DNA from: Spirochaetia bacterium | GTDB taxonomy: Bacteria > Spirochaetota > Spirochaetia > SZUA-6 > Bin103 | NCBI GenBank assembly: GCA_965203905.1 | Contig: CBDBDQ010000005.1 | Location: 6,048,001-6,112,000 of the forward strand | Direction: 5' to 3' | DNA length: 64,000 bases | Translations under genes and position numbers: made by a program | Notes under the pieces: generated by a model | The model's input: only the letters and a program-made list of their open reading frames with translations | Told to the model about the DNA's origin: nothing | Databases searched by the model: none | Part shown: positions 37,233-47,134 of the stretch, piece after piece | Layout of the letters: each line of letters starts with the position of its first letter | Numbering within the stretch: the first letter of the stretch is position 1

Positions 37233-39314
37233 CTATTCCTTGATGAACCAGGTATCGATGGCGTAGGTGTTCACCAGACCCAGCACGGTCACTCCCTGCT
37301 CGTAGTCGCGCGGCACGTTGGCGAGCCGGTCCGCGAACGCCATCACCCGCGGCTTGGGGCTGACCGTGGCCACATGCCACAGGTTCTTCGCGTTCAGCGT
37401 GAGCAGCTCGTTGGCCAGCTTCTCGTATCCGGCGCTGCCGTACTCCGCCACCTGCAGCTCGCGCACCACCTCGAACAGGCGCAGCATGTCCGGGTCGTCC
37501 GGCTTCTCGCCGTCGGCACCGTTGCTGTCGTACCAGATGCGCCACGGCGCCGAGGTGGAGGCGCAGCAGTGAATCCAGTGCCAGGCGGGCATCAGCCGCA
37601 CCGGGTAGTTGATGCGCGCGGTGATCTCCGCACCGCCGCCGCCGGGCCAGAAGGAGGAGTCGATCTCGTTGGCCAGCGCGCGCTCGTGCTGCAACTCCTC
37701 CGGCGTGTACTTCTGGGTCATGTTCACGCCGATCTCCGCCCAGTAGCTGCTGATCAGCTCCATGCCGTCCTCGTAGGAGGCGTCCCAGCCGGCCGGCCAG
37801 GAGCCCTCGAAGCCCAGCACCTTGCCGTCGGGGCGCAGCCGCCACTTGCGGTCGCCGTCCCACTCCAGGCCCATCTCGTCGAGCAGCGCGTTGGCGCGGT
37901 CCAGGTCGCGGTCGCGGAAGTCCTCGTTCATCCACGCCTCGTAGCCGGTCCAGTGGGTCGGAGCGTTGAGCACCACCGGCTTGAACTGGCCGAAGAACAG
38001 GGTGTCGCTCATGTCCTGGCGATCGATCGCCAGCGACAGCGCCTGGCGGAAGCGGACGTCGTTGAAGATCTCGCGCAGCACCGGGTCCTTGTGGGTGTAG
38101 TTCAGCACGTAGCCGAACTCGGTGGCGCTGCTGCCGTTCTCCATCAGCACGATCTGGTAGCCGCCCGAGTCCTCGTTGCGCTTGTACACCGGCAGATCCG
38201 GCAGGTTGAGCCCGGCGGTGAAGTCCAGCTCGCCGGCCATCAGCTTGACCGGAACCTGCTCCTCCGGCTTCGGGAACATCGGCACCAGCACCTGGTCCAC
38301 GTAGGGGAGCTGGTTGCCGGCGGTGTCCACCTTCCAGTAGTAGGGGTTGCGCTGCCACAGCTCCGAGTCGGGAGACTCCTCCGCCAGCTTCCACGGATCC
38401 AGCACCGGCATCGGGATGTCGTTGGCCGACAGGGTCACCGGCCGGGTGCCGCCGCCGTCGCGCTCCGCGGAGCGGTCGTTGAACGACTGCGACCAGCTCT
38501 CGTAGCCGCCCTCGCGCGCCAGTTCCTCGGCGTTTTCGCCGAAGTCGATGTGGTACTTGGCCAGGTAATGCTCCGGGTGGAACGGCCGCGTGGCCATCAT
38601 CCGCAGCGGCGCCGTGGCATAGGCATCGGGCCAGGTGTAGGCCACCGTGTACTGGTCGACCTTCTCGATGGTGGGCAGGCTGCCGCGCCAGATGACGTTG
38701 CGGGAGCGGATGCGCGAGAACACGCGGTCGTCGCCGCCCACCGCCTGCATCCAGAACACGAAGTCGTCGGCGTCGAACAGCTCGCCGTCCGACCACTTCA
38801 TGCCCGGCCGCAGGTGCAGGGTGAAGGTGCGGTCGCCGTTGGACTGCTCCCAGCCGATGATCAGGTTGGGAAAGATCTGGCTGATGTCCGGGTTGTAGGC
38901 GGTGAGGAGCTGCGACGAGCCTTCCACGATGGCGCCGGGGGCCGCCTCGCGACCGTCGCCGTTGCTGTTGAAGGTGCCGCCGTAGCGTCCGATCTCGTCC
39001 ACCGGCCGGATCACCGCGGGATCGGGCGGCAGCCGCTGGTCCAGCGGCGGCAGGTCGCCGGAGGCAACCAGGGCCGCCAGGGCGGGAGCCTCGCTGAAGC
39101 TGTCGATGGTCTTGCCGGTCGCCGCGGTGTAGGCGGTCACCGTCGGCCAGATGTGGTCGCGATACGGCTCGCCCTCGGTGGCCATGCCGGCGCTGGCCGC
39201 ACCCGCACCGGCCGCGCCTCCCGTGCCCTCGCCTTCGCCGCCCGCGAACAGTGGCGTGGTGCTCAGCAGGGCAGCCAGCGCGGCGCCCGCCAGAAGTCTC
39301 GATAGTTGTTTCAC
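37233..39314 (-). CDS. ABC transporter substrate-binding protein, family 5
   Basis: Signal peptide ending PLFAGGEGE, then EAPAL...GDLPPLDQRLP, LRPGMKWSDG and RNPYYWKVD..GNQLPY; GTG start with AAGGAGGAGG SD. Confidence 0.92.
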   Translation of the reverse strand: MKQLSRLLAGAALAALLSTTPLFAGGEGEGTGGAAGAGAASAGMATEGEPYRDHIWPTVTAYTAATGKTIDSFSEAPALAALVASGDLPPLDQRLPPDPAVIRPVDEIGRYGGTFNSNGDGREAAPGAIVEGSSQLLTAYNPDISQIFPNLIIGWEQSNGDRTFTLHLRPGMKWSDGELFDADDFVFWMQAVGGDDRVFSRIRSRNVIWRGSLPTIEKVDQYTVAYTWPDAYATAPLRMMATRPFHPEHYLAKYHIDFGENAEELAREGGYESWSQSFNDRSAERDGGGTRPVTLSANDIPMPVLDPWKLAEESPDSELWQRNPYYWKVDTAGNQLPYVDQVLVPMFPKPEEQVPVKLMAGELDFTAGLNLPDLPVYKRNEDSGGYQIVLMENGSSATEFGYVLNYTHKDPVLREIFNDVRFRQALSLAIDRQDMSDTLFFGQFKPVVLNAPTHWTGYEAWMNEDFRDRDLDRANALLDEMGLEWDGDRKWRLRPDGKVLGFEGSWPAGWDASYEDGMELISSYWAEIGVNMTQKYTPEELQHERALANEIDSSFWPGGGGAEITARINYPVRLMPAWHWIHCCASTSAPWRIWYDSNGADGEKPDDPDMLRLFEVVRELQVAEYGSAGYEKLANELLTLNAKNLWHVATVSPKPRVMAFADRLANVPRDYEQGVTVLGLVNTYAIDTWFIKE

Positions 39315-39477
39315 TGTGAGGTTCCTCCTCCTTGAGGGATGGCACCAGATAGCACGTACGCCGCCGAACTGCAACCGCGAGGGCGCCGGTCCGGACGCCC
39401 GCGGGCCCAGGTGCGAGCGCGGAAGGTAGCGCCTCGCAACGGCGCCGGACCTCGATCGCGTCCCCGGACCGCTACTG

Positions 39478-39870
39478 CTATTCCGATTCCCCCTGCTTCT
39501 CGTATAACGCCCGGATGAAGCGCCGGGCGCTGTCACCGTGCATGCGGCCGATGGAACAGGCGCCATCGAGAATCACCCCGTCCTGGATGATCAGCTCCGG
39601 GGTGGAAAGATCGCCCATCACCCGGGCCGTGGACAGCAGCAGCACCCGGCTCTCGGCGGTGATGTTGCCGAGCACCACACCCTCCACCACCACGATGTTG
39701 GCGAAGATGTCGGTCTTGACCTTGCCCGCCGGCCCCACGTAGAGCTGCTCCACCTCCAACAGCGGCCCCACGAAGCGGCCATCGATACGGAGGTTGCCGT
39801 TGATCGCACAACGCCCCTCGAACGTCGTATTCTCGCCAATGGTCGTGTTGGCGGCGAAGTTGACACGCAC
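39478..39870 (-). CDS. Bactofilin (polymer-forming cytoskeletal protein)
   Basis: TTIGENTTFEG...LRIDG...VVEG...GVILDG beta-helix pattern. Confidence 0.88.
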   Translation of the reverse strand: MRVNFAANTTIGENTTFEGRCAINGNLRIDGRFVGPLLEVEQLYVGPAGKVKTDIFANIVVVEGVVLGNITAESRVLLLSTARVMGDLSTPELIIQDGVILDGACSIGRMHGDSARRFIRALYEKQGESE

Positions 39871-39884
39871 CGGGCCGTAGGCTA

Positions 39885-40904
39885 TTACGAATCGTCCGCC
39901 GTTGGCGACCGCTCGGCCGGCGGCTCCGGCGGTTCGACGCTCGCTGCATCGATCGCTGCCGCGCGCACGCCGTCATAGAGCCCCGCGGCGGCGTTCGGCA
40001 GGGGCGCGGCCAGCCCCCATACCACGCGCGCCGGGACCACGGTGCGAGCTCCCGCGGGAGCCTCGATGCCGGCAACGATGGCAGGCAGCCCCGGATCGTC
40101 CACCGACACCAGTACGGTAGCCTCGTATCCGCGACGGTTCCCCCAGTTGCTGACCACCGCGAGCCGGTCGCCGACGGCCAGCGTCCGGAGCGCCTCACCG
40201 GTCAGTTCGCCGGCCTGCAGAAACACCACGCCGGCACCGGCGCTGGCGGCAGCCTCCAGGCTGTTGCGCAGGCCGGCGCTGCCGCGCTCCACGGCGAAGG
40301 GGTGCTCGCTGACCCGGTCCTCAGCTCCACCGGCGGCCAGACCGGCGCGAAACGCCGCCACGGCGGCCGCCCCCGACCCGGTGGCGGCAACCACTGCGAG
40401 CCGTATCGCCGGCTGGTCCGCCAAGTACGCCGCCACCAGGCGACCGGCGCGCTCAAGTGCCGCGCTGCGATCGAACGCGACCTCGGTAACGTTGGCCGGC
40501 GGCTGCGGGAGCGAAGCGTCGCTGGCGCCGGTCCAGGCAAGCTGCACGAAACGGATCCCGGGATGAGCCGCGGCCAGCACCCCAGCCTCGGACGAGAGCA
40601 ATGGGGTCAGCACCACCCCCGCGTAGCGCGCGGCGGCGAGTTGCGCCTCCAACTCCGCCCGCGGCTCGTCCGCGGTGAGCTCCAGCACCTGCAGGCGGCG
40701 GCCGTCGGCCAGTATCGTCCCGCGCAGCTCGGACTCCAGGGTCGGATAGGCCGCCGTGACGGCGTGCCAGAAGGGCGGCTCCACCGCTACCAGGTAGGTG
40801 TGCTCCGGGCGCGTGCGGCCGCACCCAGCGGCCAGCACCAGCAGCGCGAGGGCGGGGCCGGCCAGCCGTTGCCAGCGCCACCTCCGGGCGTTAGCCGCGG
40901 CCGT
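39885..40904 (-). CDS. Lipoprotein, periplasmic-binding-protein (BMP-like) fold
   Basis: Lipobox LAAGC and VAFDRSAALERAG; the best SD points to an ACG codon at 40904. Confidence 0.65.
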   Translation of the reverse strand, partial: TAAANARRWRWQRLAGPALALLVLAAGCGRTRPEHTYLVAVEPPFWHAVTAAYPTLESELRGTILADGRRLQVLELTADEPRAELEAQLAAARYAGVVLTPLLSSEAGVLAAAHPGIRFVQLAWTGASDASLPQPPANVTEVAFDRSAALERAGRLVAAYLADQPAIRLAVVAATGSGAAAVAAFRAGLAAGGAEDRVSEHPFAVERGSAGLRNSLEAAASAGAGVVFLQAGELTGEALRTLAVGDRLAVVSNWGNRRGYEATVLVSVDDPGLPAIVAGIEAPAGARTVVPARVVWGLAAPLPNAAAGLYDGVRAAAIDAASVEPPEPPAERSPTADDS

Positions 40905-41637
40905 CGGAAGCCTCCTTCGGGTAGCGGCGGAGCAGCGGCAGCAGGGTGGCGAGGAACGCCAGCGCGCTGCCGGCCGCAGCAAGGTCCGGACGCCGGATCA
41001 CGTCACCGTAGGCGATGGCAGCGGTCGCCAGGGGAAGCACCAGGATGGGCAGCGCCGCCAGAGCACGCCACCAGACCCGGGCCCCGGTGGCGGCCGCCAG
41101 CAGCAGCGCCACGGCGTTCATCAGCGCCAGCCGCAGCAACGGCAACAGCACCAGGCGGTAGAAGCTCGGATCGGCGTAGTGGGTGAGCTGCTCCAGGATC
41201 GCGAGCATGCTGAAATAGCCTCCCAGCGTGACCAGCAGGAACGGCAGCTCGGCGCGCCGGCGGGCGCGGACGCGCGGCCGAGGTTCGCGCTCGCGGCGCG
41301 CCCTTCGCGCGCGCTGCAACAACCCGGAACGGCGGTTGCGGGGGTTGCGGTTGCGGACGTTGCGGTAGCGCCTCAGCCCCAGGGTGACCGCCAGCGCCGC
41401 CAGCAGCGGCGCTGCATGATCCGCCGCCAACAGCCGCAGGTAGAGCAGCTGCGGCTCGTACCGCGGCGGGAATGCCCGCGCCACCATGTTCAGCAGGGGG
41501 AACAGCAGCAGCGCCAGCAGCGCGGCGCCGGCGAACCAGGGCAGCAGCGCCGTGCGGTGGCCGGATTCGGGCGCCACACCGCGCGCCGCCAGCGCCACCA
41601 CGAACAGCGGCGTCGCCAGGTAGGCAAACAGCGTCAT
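40891..41637 (-). CDS. Hypothetical integral membrane protein
   Basis: About 7 hydrophobic segments with an Arg-rich loop; ATG 25 nt after the guaA stop. Confidence 0.75.
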   Translation of the reverse strand: MTLFAYLATPLFVVALAARGVAPESGHRTALLPWFAGAALLALLLFPLLNMVARAFPPRYEPQLLYLRLLAADHAAPLLAALAVTLGLRRYRNVRNRNPRNRRSGLLQRARRARREREPRPRVRARRRAELPFLLVTLGGYFSMLAILEQLTHYADPSFYRLVLLPLLRLALMNAVALLLAAATGARVWWRALAALPILVLPLATAAIAYGDVIRRPDLAAAGSALAFLATLLPLLRRYPKEASDGRG

Positions 41638-41662
41638 GGAGCTGCCCGATGCGGGGCGCCGC

Positions 41663-43225
41663 CTACTCCCACTCCACCGTAGCCGGCGGCTTGCTGGATA
41701 CGTCGTACACCACCCGGCCGACGCCCGTGACCTCATTGGTGATGCGCGCCGAGACCGCCAGCAGCGCCTCCATCTCGAACCGATACACCTCCGCGGTCAT
41801 GAAATCGTCGCTCACCACGGCGCGCAGTGCCACCACCTCACCGTAATTGCGGCGGTCGCCCGTCACTCCGACGGAGCGCACCGGGAGCAGCACCGCGAAG
41901 GCCTGCGTCACCTGCCGGTACAGGTCACGACGCTGCAGTTCCTCCAGGTAGATCGCATCGACGGCGCGCAGCAAGTCGCACCGTTCCCGGGTCACCTCGC
42001 CCAGGATTCGCACCGCCAGCCCGGGGCCGGGGAACGGATGGCGCTGGAGCACCCGCGGCGGGACTCCGAGGACCTGCCCGAGGCGCCGTACCTCATCCTT
42101 GTAGAGTGTCGCCAGCGGCTCCAGCAACAGCCCGCCGGCGCGCCGCTCCACGACCAGCGGGGCGGCCACGTTGTGATGCGACTTGATCACCTCCGCCTTG
42201 TCGCCGACGCCGCTCCCGGATTCGATCAGATCGGTGTACAGGGTCCCCTGGGCGAGAAAGCCGTGCCTCAGGTCCTCCGGCACCGCGCCCCGCTGGACCT
42301 CGATGAACAGGTCGCCGATGATGCGCCGCTTCCGTTCCGGCTCCGTTACCCCTGCCAGCGCCGCGTAGAAGCGGGCGGCCGCGTCGATCACCTGTACGTG
42401 GACGGCGCCGAGCTGCTGCAACGTGGCCCGCACCTCGGCGGTTTCGCGCAGCCGCATCAGCCCGGTGTCGACGTAGAGCAGGTGCACCTGCGGCGCCGGC
42501 AATGCGCGCAGCAGTAGCGCCGCGACCACGGTGGAGTCCACTCCCCCGGAAATCATCAGAACCACCGGACTGGAACCCACCGTGCGGCGCAGCTCGGCGA
42601 CGGCGCGGCGCTCGAACGACTCCAGGTCCCACGACCTGCACGCGCCGCAGATCGCCGTCGCGAAGTTGTCCAGCAACTGGCGCCCGCACTCGGTGTGGGT
42701 AACCTCGGGGTGAAACTGCAGCCCGAAGACCGGATTCGGCGAGGCCTCCGGCAACGACTCCACGGCCGCCACGGCACCATGCTGCGAGACCGCGATCTGG
42801 CGGAAACCGGGCGCGATGTGCTCGACGGCGTCGCCGTGGCTCATCCAGGAGCGGAACGAGGCCGGTATGCCGCTGAACAGCGTGGAGTCGGTCACGCGAT
42901 CGACCCGCGCCTGGCCATATTCGCGAACGTGGATGTGCGAAACCGATCCGCCGCCGCGCTGCATGAGGTGCTGCATCCCGTAGCAGATGCCCAGCACCGG
43001 GACGCCGCTCTGCAGCACGGCCGGATCCGGCGTCGGCGCGGCTGCGTCGTACACCGACGCGGGCGATCCCGACAGGACGATGCCGCGCACCTCCTCGCGG
43101 CGCTCCACCTCGCTCAGCCTCACGTCGCCGGGCAGCACGCGACTGAAGACGCCGCACTCGCGGATCCGGCGGGCGATGAGCTGGCAGGTCTGGCCACCGA
43201 AGTCCAGCACCAGAATGGTGTCCAC
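41663..43225 (-). CDS. guaA: GMP synthase (glutamine-hydrolysing)
   Basis: LDFGGQ, GICYGMQ, QFHPEV, SGGVDS, IKSHHN and KPPATVEWE. Confidence 0.97.
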   Translation of the reverse strand: MDTILVLDFGGQTCQLIARRIRECGVFSRVLPGDVRLSEVERREEVRGIVLSGSPASVYDAAAPTPDPAVLQSGVPVLGICYGMQHLMQRGGGSVSHIHVREYGQARVDRVTDSTLFSGIPASFRSWMSHGDAVEHIAPGFRQIAVSQHGAVAAVESLPEASPNPVFGLQFHPEVTHTECGRQLLDNFATAICGACRSWDLESFERRAVAELRRTVGSSPVVLMISGGVDSTVVAALLLRALPAPQVHLLYVDTGLMRLRETAEVRATLQQLGAVHVQVIDAAARFYAALAGVTEPERKRRIIGDLFIEVQRGAVPEDLRHGFLAQGTLYTDLIESGSGVGDKAEVIKSHHNVAAPLVVERRAGGLLLEPLATLYKDEVRRLGQVLGVPPRVLQRHPFPGPGLAVRILGEVTRERCDLLRAVDAIYLEELQRRDLYRQVTQAFAVLLPVRSVGVTGDRRNYGEVVALRAVVSDDFMTAEVYRFEMEALLAVSARITNEVTGVGRVVYDVSSKPPATVEWE

Positions 43226-43232
43226 GGCCAAC

Positions 43233-44690
43233 TCAGTTCCCGGCAGCCGGACCGACCGGTTCCGCCGCCAACCGCTGCATCGCCTCGCGGTAGCGGGCCG
43301 CCGCGGCACGCGCCTTCTCGCGCGCCCTTCCCACGTAGTGTTCCGGCGCGGAGAAGAACTCCTGCGCTCCGGTCCCGCAACGCGCCCGCACCGCCCGCTC
43401 CAGTCGCTCCCAGACGGTCGGGTCCGCGCGCGCCGCTTCCAGCAGCGACGTCCCGCGCTGCTCGCAGGCCAGGGTCAGGCGGCGCACCCGTTCATGGGCG
43501 CCGGCATCGCCGGCGGCGGCCAGCAGCACGTACGCCGCCTCCGCCAGCACCAGGTCCGACGTGCTCTCGCGCAGCCGGGTACGCATCCGTTCGCGGTCCA
43601 CCTGCAAGCCGGCCACCACGCGCAACATGCGGTTGGCCGCCGCCGTGAGCCCGGCGATGAACTCCGGCACGAAGCGGGCGGAGGCGGAATTGGTCAGGTC
43701 CCGCTGGTGTTCCGACACCTGGTCCATGAAGAAGGTCATGACCCGCGGCGCAAACGCCTTCCACAGGCTTTTCACGTGCTCGCAGTTCCACGGGTTGCGC
43801 TTCTGGGGCATGGTGGAAGATCCGACCTGCCGGCTGCCGAACGGCTCGCGCACTTCGTCGATCTCCGACCGTTGCAGATTGCGCAGGTCGTCGGCCAGAT
43901 TGGCCACGATCCCGAATGCGGTGTTGAGTTCCAGCAGCACGCTCAAAAGGTACTCCGGTTCCACAATCTGGGTGGAGCTCTCGGATGGCCGCAGCCCGAG
44001 CCCGGCGAGCACCTCGCGCTCCAGCTCCTCCGGATCGTCCACCAGCAGCGTGGTGGCGTTGTAGGCGCCGACCGCGCCCGACAGCTTGCCGCGCAGGTCG
44101 TCGCTACGCTGCCGGAGCCGGATGATCGACTTGCCGAGCCGGGCTACGTATTCGGCCATGGCGAAGCCGAAGGTCACCGGCACCGCGTACTGGCCGTGGG
44201 TGCGCCCAACCTGCGGGCTGTCCGCCTCCCGTTCGGCCAGCTCGATCAGCGCCTCCTCGAGGCGGATCAGCAACGGCACCACCACGCGGCACAAGGCGTC
44301 CCGGTAGCGCAACGCGGTGGCGGTGTCGGTGACGTCGTAAGAGGTGGCCCCGACGTGCACCAGGTGGCGCACCTCTTCCGGGAGCGCGCGCTGCAGCACG
44401 TTGACCAGCGCTCGCACATTGTGATCCGTGGTGCGTTCCTCGGCTGCCACCGCGGCGGCGGTAACGCCCTCCGCGGCAACCTGGATTCGCCGCTCCAGGT
44501 CGGCGTCCAGCGCTCTCCCCGGAAGCCGGCGCAGCAACTCGGTGAGGAGGGCGAGCTCTACGCGGACGCCGTAGCGTACGCCCGCCTCCTCGCCCAGGTA
44601 GCCGGCCAACTCCTCGAACAGGTCACGGTTGGCGGCCCAGTAGCGGTGGTCCAGCGGGGAAATGAAGCGGAATCTGTCCCGCGTCTCCAT
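43233..44690 (-). CDS. purB: Adenylosuccinate lyase
   Basis: ISPLDHRY, GRTHGQ and fumarate-lyase signature GSSTMPQKRNP; adjacent to guaA. Confidence 0.93.
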   Translation of the reverse strand: METRDRFRFISPLDHRYWAANRDLFEELAGYLGEEAGVRYGVRVELALLTELLRRLPGRALDADLERRIQVAAEGVTAAAVAAEERTTDHNVRALVNVLQRALPEEVRHLVHVGATSYDVTDTATALRYRDALCRVVVPLLIRLEEALIELAEREADSPQVGRTHGQYAVPVTFGFAMAEYVARLGKSIIRLRQRSDDLRGKLSGAVGAYNATTLLVDDPEELEREVLAGLGLRPSESSTQIVEPEYLLSVLLELNTAFGIVANLADDLRNLQRSEIDEVREPFGSRQVGSSTMPQKRNPWNCEHVKSLWKAFAPRVMTFFMDQVSEHQRDLTNSASARFVPEFIAGLTAAANRMLRVVAGLQVDRERMRTRLRESTSDLVLAEAAYVLLAAAGDAGAHERVRRLTLACEQRGTSLLEAARADPTVWERLERAVRARCGTGAQEFFSAPEHYVGRAREKARAAAARYREAMQRLAAEPVGPAAGN

Positions 44691-44783
44691 GCGGCAGTCT
44701 ATGAGTTGGTCCACTTCTCGACAAGCTCATCTCCGGCGCCGGAGACGATTGGCGCGCGCCGAATGGACGCGTACGCTCGTGTC

Positions 44784-45341
44784 ATGTCAGCCAAGGCCCG
44801 GGAACTGTTCAGCGCCTATCGCAGCGGCCACGTGCCGTCTGGCGGCGGCTACGTCGTATCCTCCTTCATGATCGACGGGGCCGCCTACGTGCGCTACGAA
44901 ATCGTGGCCTACCGGAGGGCGCGCAACCTGGTTCTGTCGCGGGAAGGTCTCACGTTCGCCGCCGACGCCAGCAGGATCTTCGTGCTGGTCGAGCCGGATG
45001 GCTATCCCGAACGGGCGACCGAGCCGTTCCAGCGCGACACGCGCCACCGGATCCCCCACCGCTTCGCGGAACTGGCCACGGCGACGGTCCGGAACCACTC
45101 CCGAATCATGGTGAGCAGAGACCCGGTCATCGTCTCGTCCCAGTTCACCGTCGCCGCTCCCGCGGGCATCGACTTCGTGTTTCTGTTCCTTCCCCGGCAC
45201 GACGCCGTGGACACGATCCACGGGTTCATGACCGCGACTCTGCAACAGGAGTGCCTGGTCCCGGACGCGGGCGCGCGCCGGGCCGGCCTGCTGATCCGGT
45301 CGTGCCTCGCCCGCTGCAGCGTCGGCCGCCGCCCTTGGTAA
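44784..45341 (+). CDS. Hypothetical protein
   Basis: Protein-like 185-aa tail of the track ORF 42987-45341, divergent from purB, with TACGCT 6 nt upstream. Confidence 0.7.
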   Translation: MSAKARELFSAYRSGHVPSGGGYVVSSFMIDGAAYVRYEIVAYRRARNLVLSREGLTFAADASRIFVLVEPDGYPERATEPFQRDTRHRIPHRFAELATATVRNHSRIMVSRDPVIVSSQFTVAAPAGIDFVFLFLPRHDAVDTIHGFMTATLQQECLVPDAGARRAGLLIRSCLARCSVGRRPW

Positions 45342-45459
45342 CGCCCCGGCTGCATTCCCGGTGCGACACCGGGTTCCACCACGGGCTTGCGCCAGTAGTC
45401 GAGCCGCTGCCGGTTGTGCCAAGCTGTGCGAATCTGCGCCAGGACCTTGCCTCTGCACC

Positions 45460-47097
45460 ATGAATCGGTTTGAGCACCACTCTCTGACCGCCGGACATGG
45501 CACCCTCCTGCTCCGTGCCGGTGCCGGCATTGCGATCGCGGCACTGGTCATCGGCTGCGGTGCCCGCGCTGCGGACGGCAGCGGGCGCACCCCGGCGCCG
45601 CGAGCGTCCGCGCTGCTGGAGGCAACGGCCCCGGCTACCGACGAGGCACTGGCGCTCGCGGCGCCAGGCGCCGAGCCACGGGCACCGTTGCGGCCGGACG
45701 AGACGCTGATTCGCACCTTCACGGTCAATCTCGATGCCGACGACGCCGACGAGCAGGTAATCGCCGTCCACGTGGCTCCTGCCGCCGCAGACACCTTGTC
45801 CGAACCGCCGATCAAGGTGGCGGTGCTGGACTACGACGCCGGTGCCGCCACCTACGTGCGCTCCTGGGAAGCGTTCACCCAGGCGGGCGCGACACGCACC
45901 TTCGACCTGACGCTGCAGGACTTGCTCGGTGACATCCGCGTAGAGATCGTCGCCCGCGGGTTCAACGCGGCCGGCGAACGAACGCTGGATGCGTATCGGC
46001 AGGGGCCGGACGCCGGCACCGTTCTGCGCTACGAGCCCATCATTGCGGTGACCGCCCGCGGCACCATCGAGCTGGCCGAGCCGGAACGGGCGGAACGGCA
46101 GATGCTGCGCGGGAACCGCGGTCTCCCGGTCGCCATCATCACCCACGCCGAGGATCCGGATGCCGCCGACGCTACCGCCGTGGTCCGTACCACGTACCGC
46201 TGGGACGCCGCCACCGGCCGCTACCAGGCCGCACCCCCCGAGCGAGTGCCCGGCAGCCCCGCGGTTCAGGACCGCCTGCGTGAGCTGTTCGCCAGCGACG
46301 GCACTGCGGAATTCGAAACCTATCTTGCCGGCCCGTGGTACCGGCTGGTGCAGCCGGATCCGAGCGATTCGCTGATCAGCCGGATGGAGATCATCCACTT
46401 CGAGCCGGAGCAGGAGCGCATCACCCTGTTCGACGGCGACGTACAGGAGATCTACGTCTGGGACGTCTCGCATCGTCTGCTGGCAGCGCGCCTCGGCATC
46501 TGGGTGCACAATGAACTGGTGCCCTCGATCGAGCGCACGATCAACGTGGAGGCCGTGACCGCCGACGAAATCCGGGTGGTCATGAAGGGCGACGACCGCG
46601 ACCACTACTTCGACGGCAACTACCGTAAGCTGGATGACCAGGCCCGCACCAGGCTGGCAGACGGCGGCCTGGTGCGGCCCGGATTGGTCGAGCTCAACCT
46701 CGCCGGTCCGTATCGGGACAGCACGGGGCAGTCGATCGATTTCGCACCACCTCACTTTACCTGGCAGACCGCCAACCAACGCGTGTCCGGAACTTACACC
46801 GCCTACTCGGTGGGTCAACTGGTGATCGTGTTCAAGGTGATGTCGCCGGCCGGCGTAACGCGCGAGCTGCGTACGTACACGGTCGACTACCGGGAACGGC
46901 GCCGCGGCGAACAACTGCTGAGGTCACTCGTCCTGCGCCCGGCGAGACTGGCGATTACCGGCGTCACCGGAGTCGGTGCGGCGGCACTGCACTTCGAGCA
47001 GCTCGAGACCCTGGACGATGTGGCCGCGCCGGACCCTGATGCCGCCGCGGCGGCACGCGCCATCGTCATCACCCCGGCGCCCGCGAACGAGCGCTGA
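45460..47097 (+). CDS. Pallilysin-related adhesin-like lipoprotein
   Basis: Lipobox LVIGC, NLDADDADEQVI, FETYLAGPWY and QEIYVW; family recalled from spirochaete proteins. Confidence 0.7.
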   Translation: MNRFEHHSLTAGHGTLLLRAGAGIAIAALVIGCGARAADGSGRTPAPRASALLEATAPATDEALALAAPGAEPRAPLRPDETLIRTFTVNLDADDADEQVIAVHVAPAAADTLSEPPIKVAVLDYDAGAATYVRSWEAFTQAGATRTFDLTLQDLLGDIRVEIVARGFNAAGERTLDAYRQGPDAGTVLRYEPIIAVTARGTIELAEPERAERQMLRGNRGLPVAIITHAEDPDAADATAVVRTTYRWDAATGRYQAAPPERVPGSPAVQDRLRELFASDGTAEFETYLAGPWYRLVQPDPSDSLISRMEIIHFEPEQERITLFDGDVQEIYVWDVSHRLLAARLGIWVHNELVPSIERTINVEAVTADEIRVVMKGDDRDHYFDGNYRKLDDQARTRLADGGLVRPGLVELNLAGPYRDSTGQSIDFAPPHFTWQTANQRVSGTYTAYSVGQLVIVFKVMSPAGVTRELRTYTVDYRERRRGEQLLRSLVLRPARLAITGVTGVGAAALHFEQLETLDDVAAPDPDAAAAARAIVITPAPANER

Positions 47098-47134
47098 CGC
47101 CTTCGCCGAGGCGTGAGGCGGCGGTTTCGGGGCG

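Noticed and set aside
41640-41700. guaA 3' end as an island integration site
   Set aside because: No duplicated guaA end or integrase was noticed, and downstream genes have host-like composition
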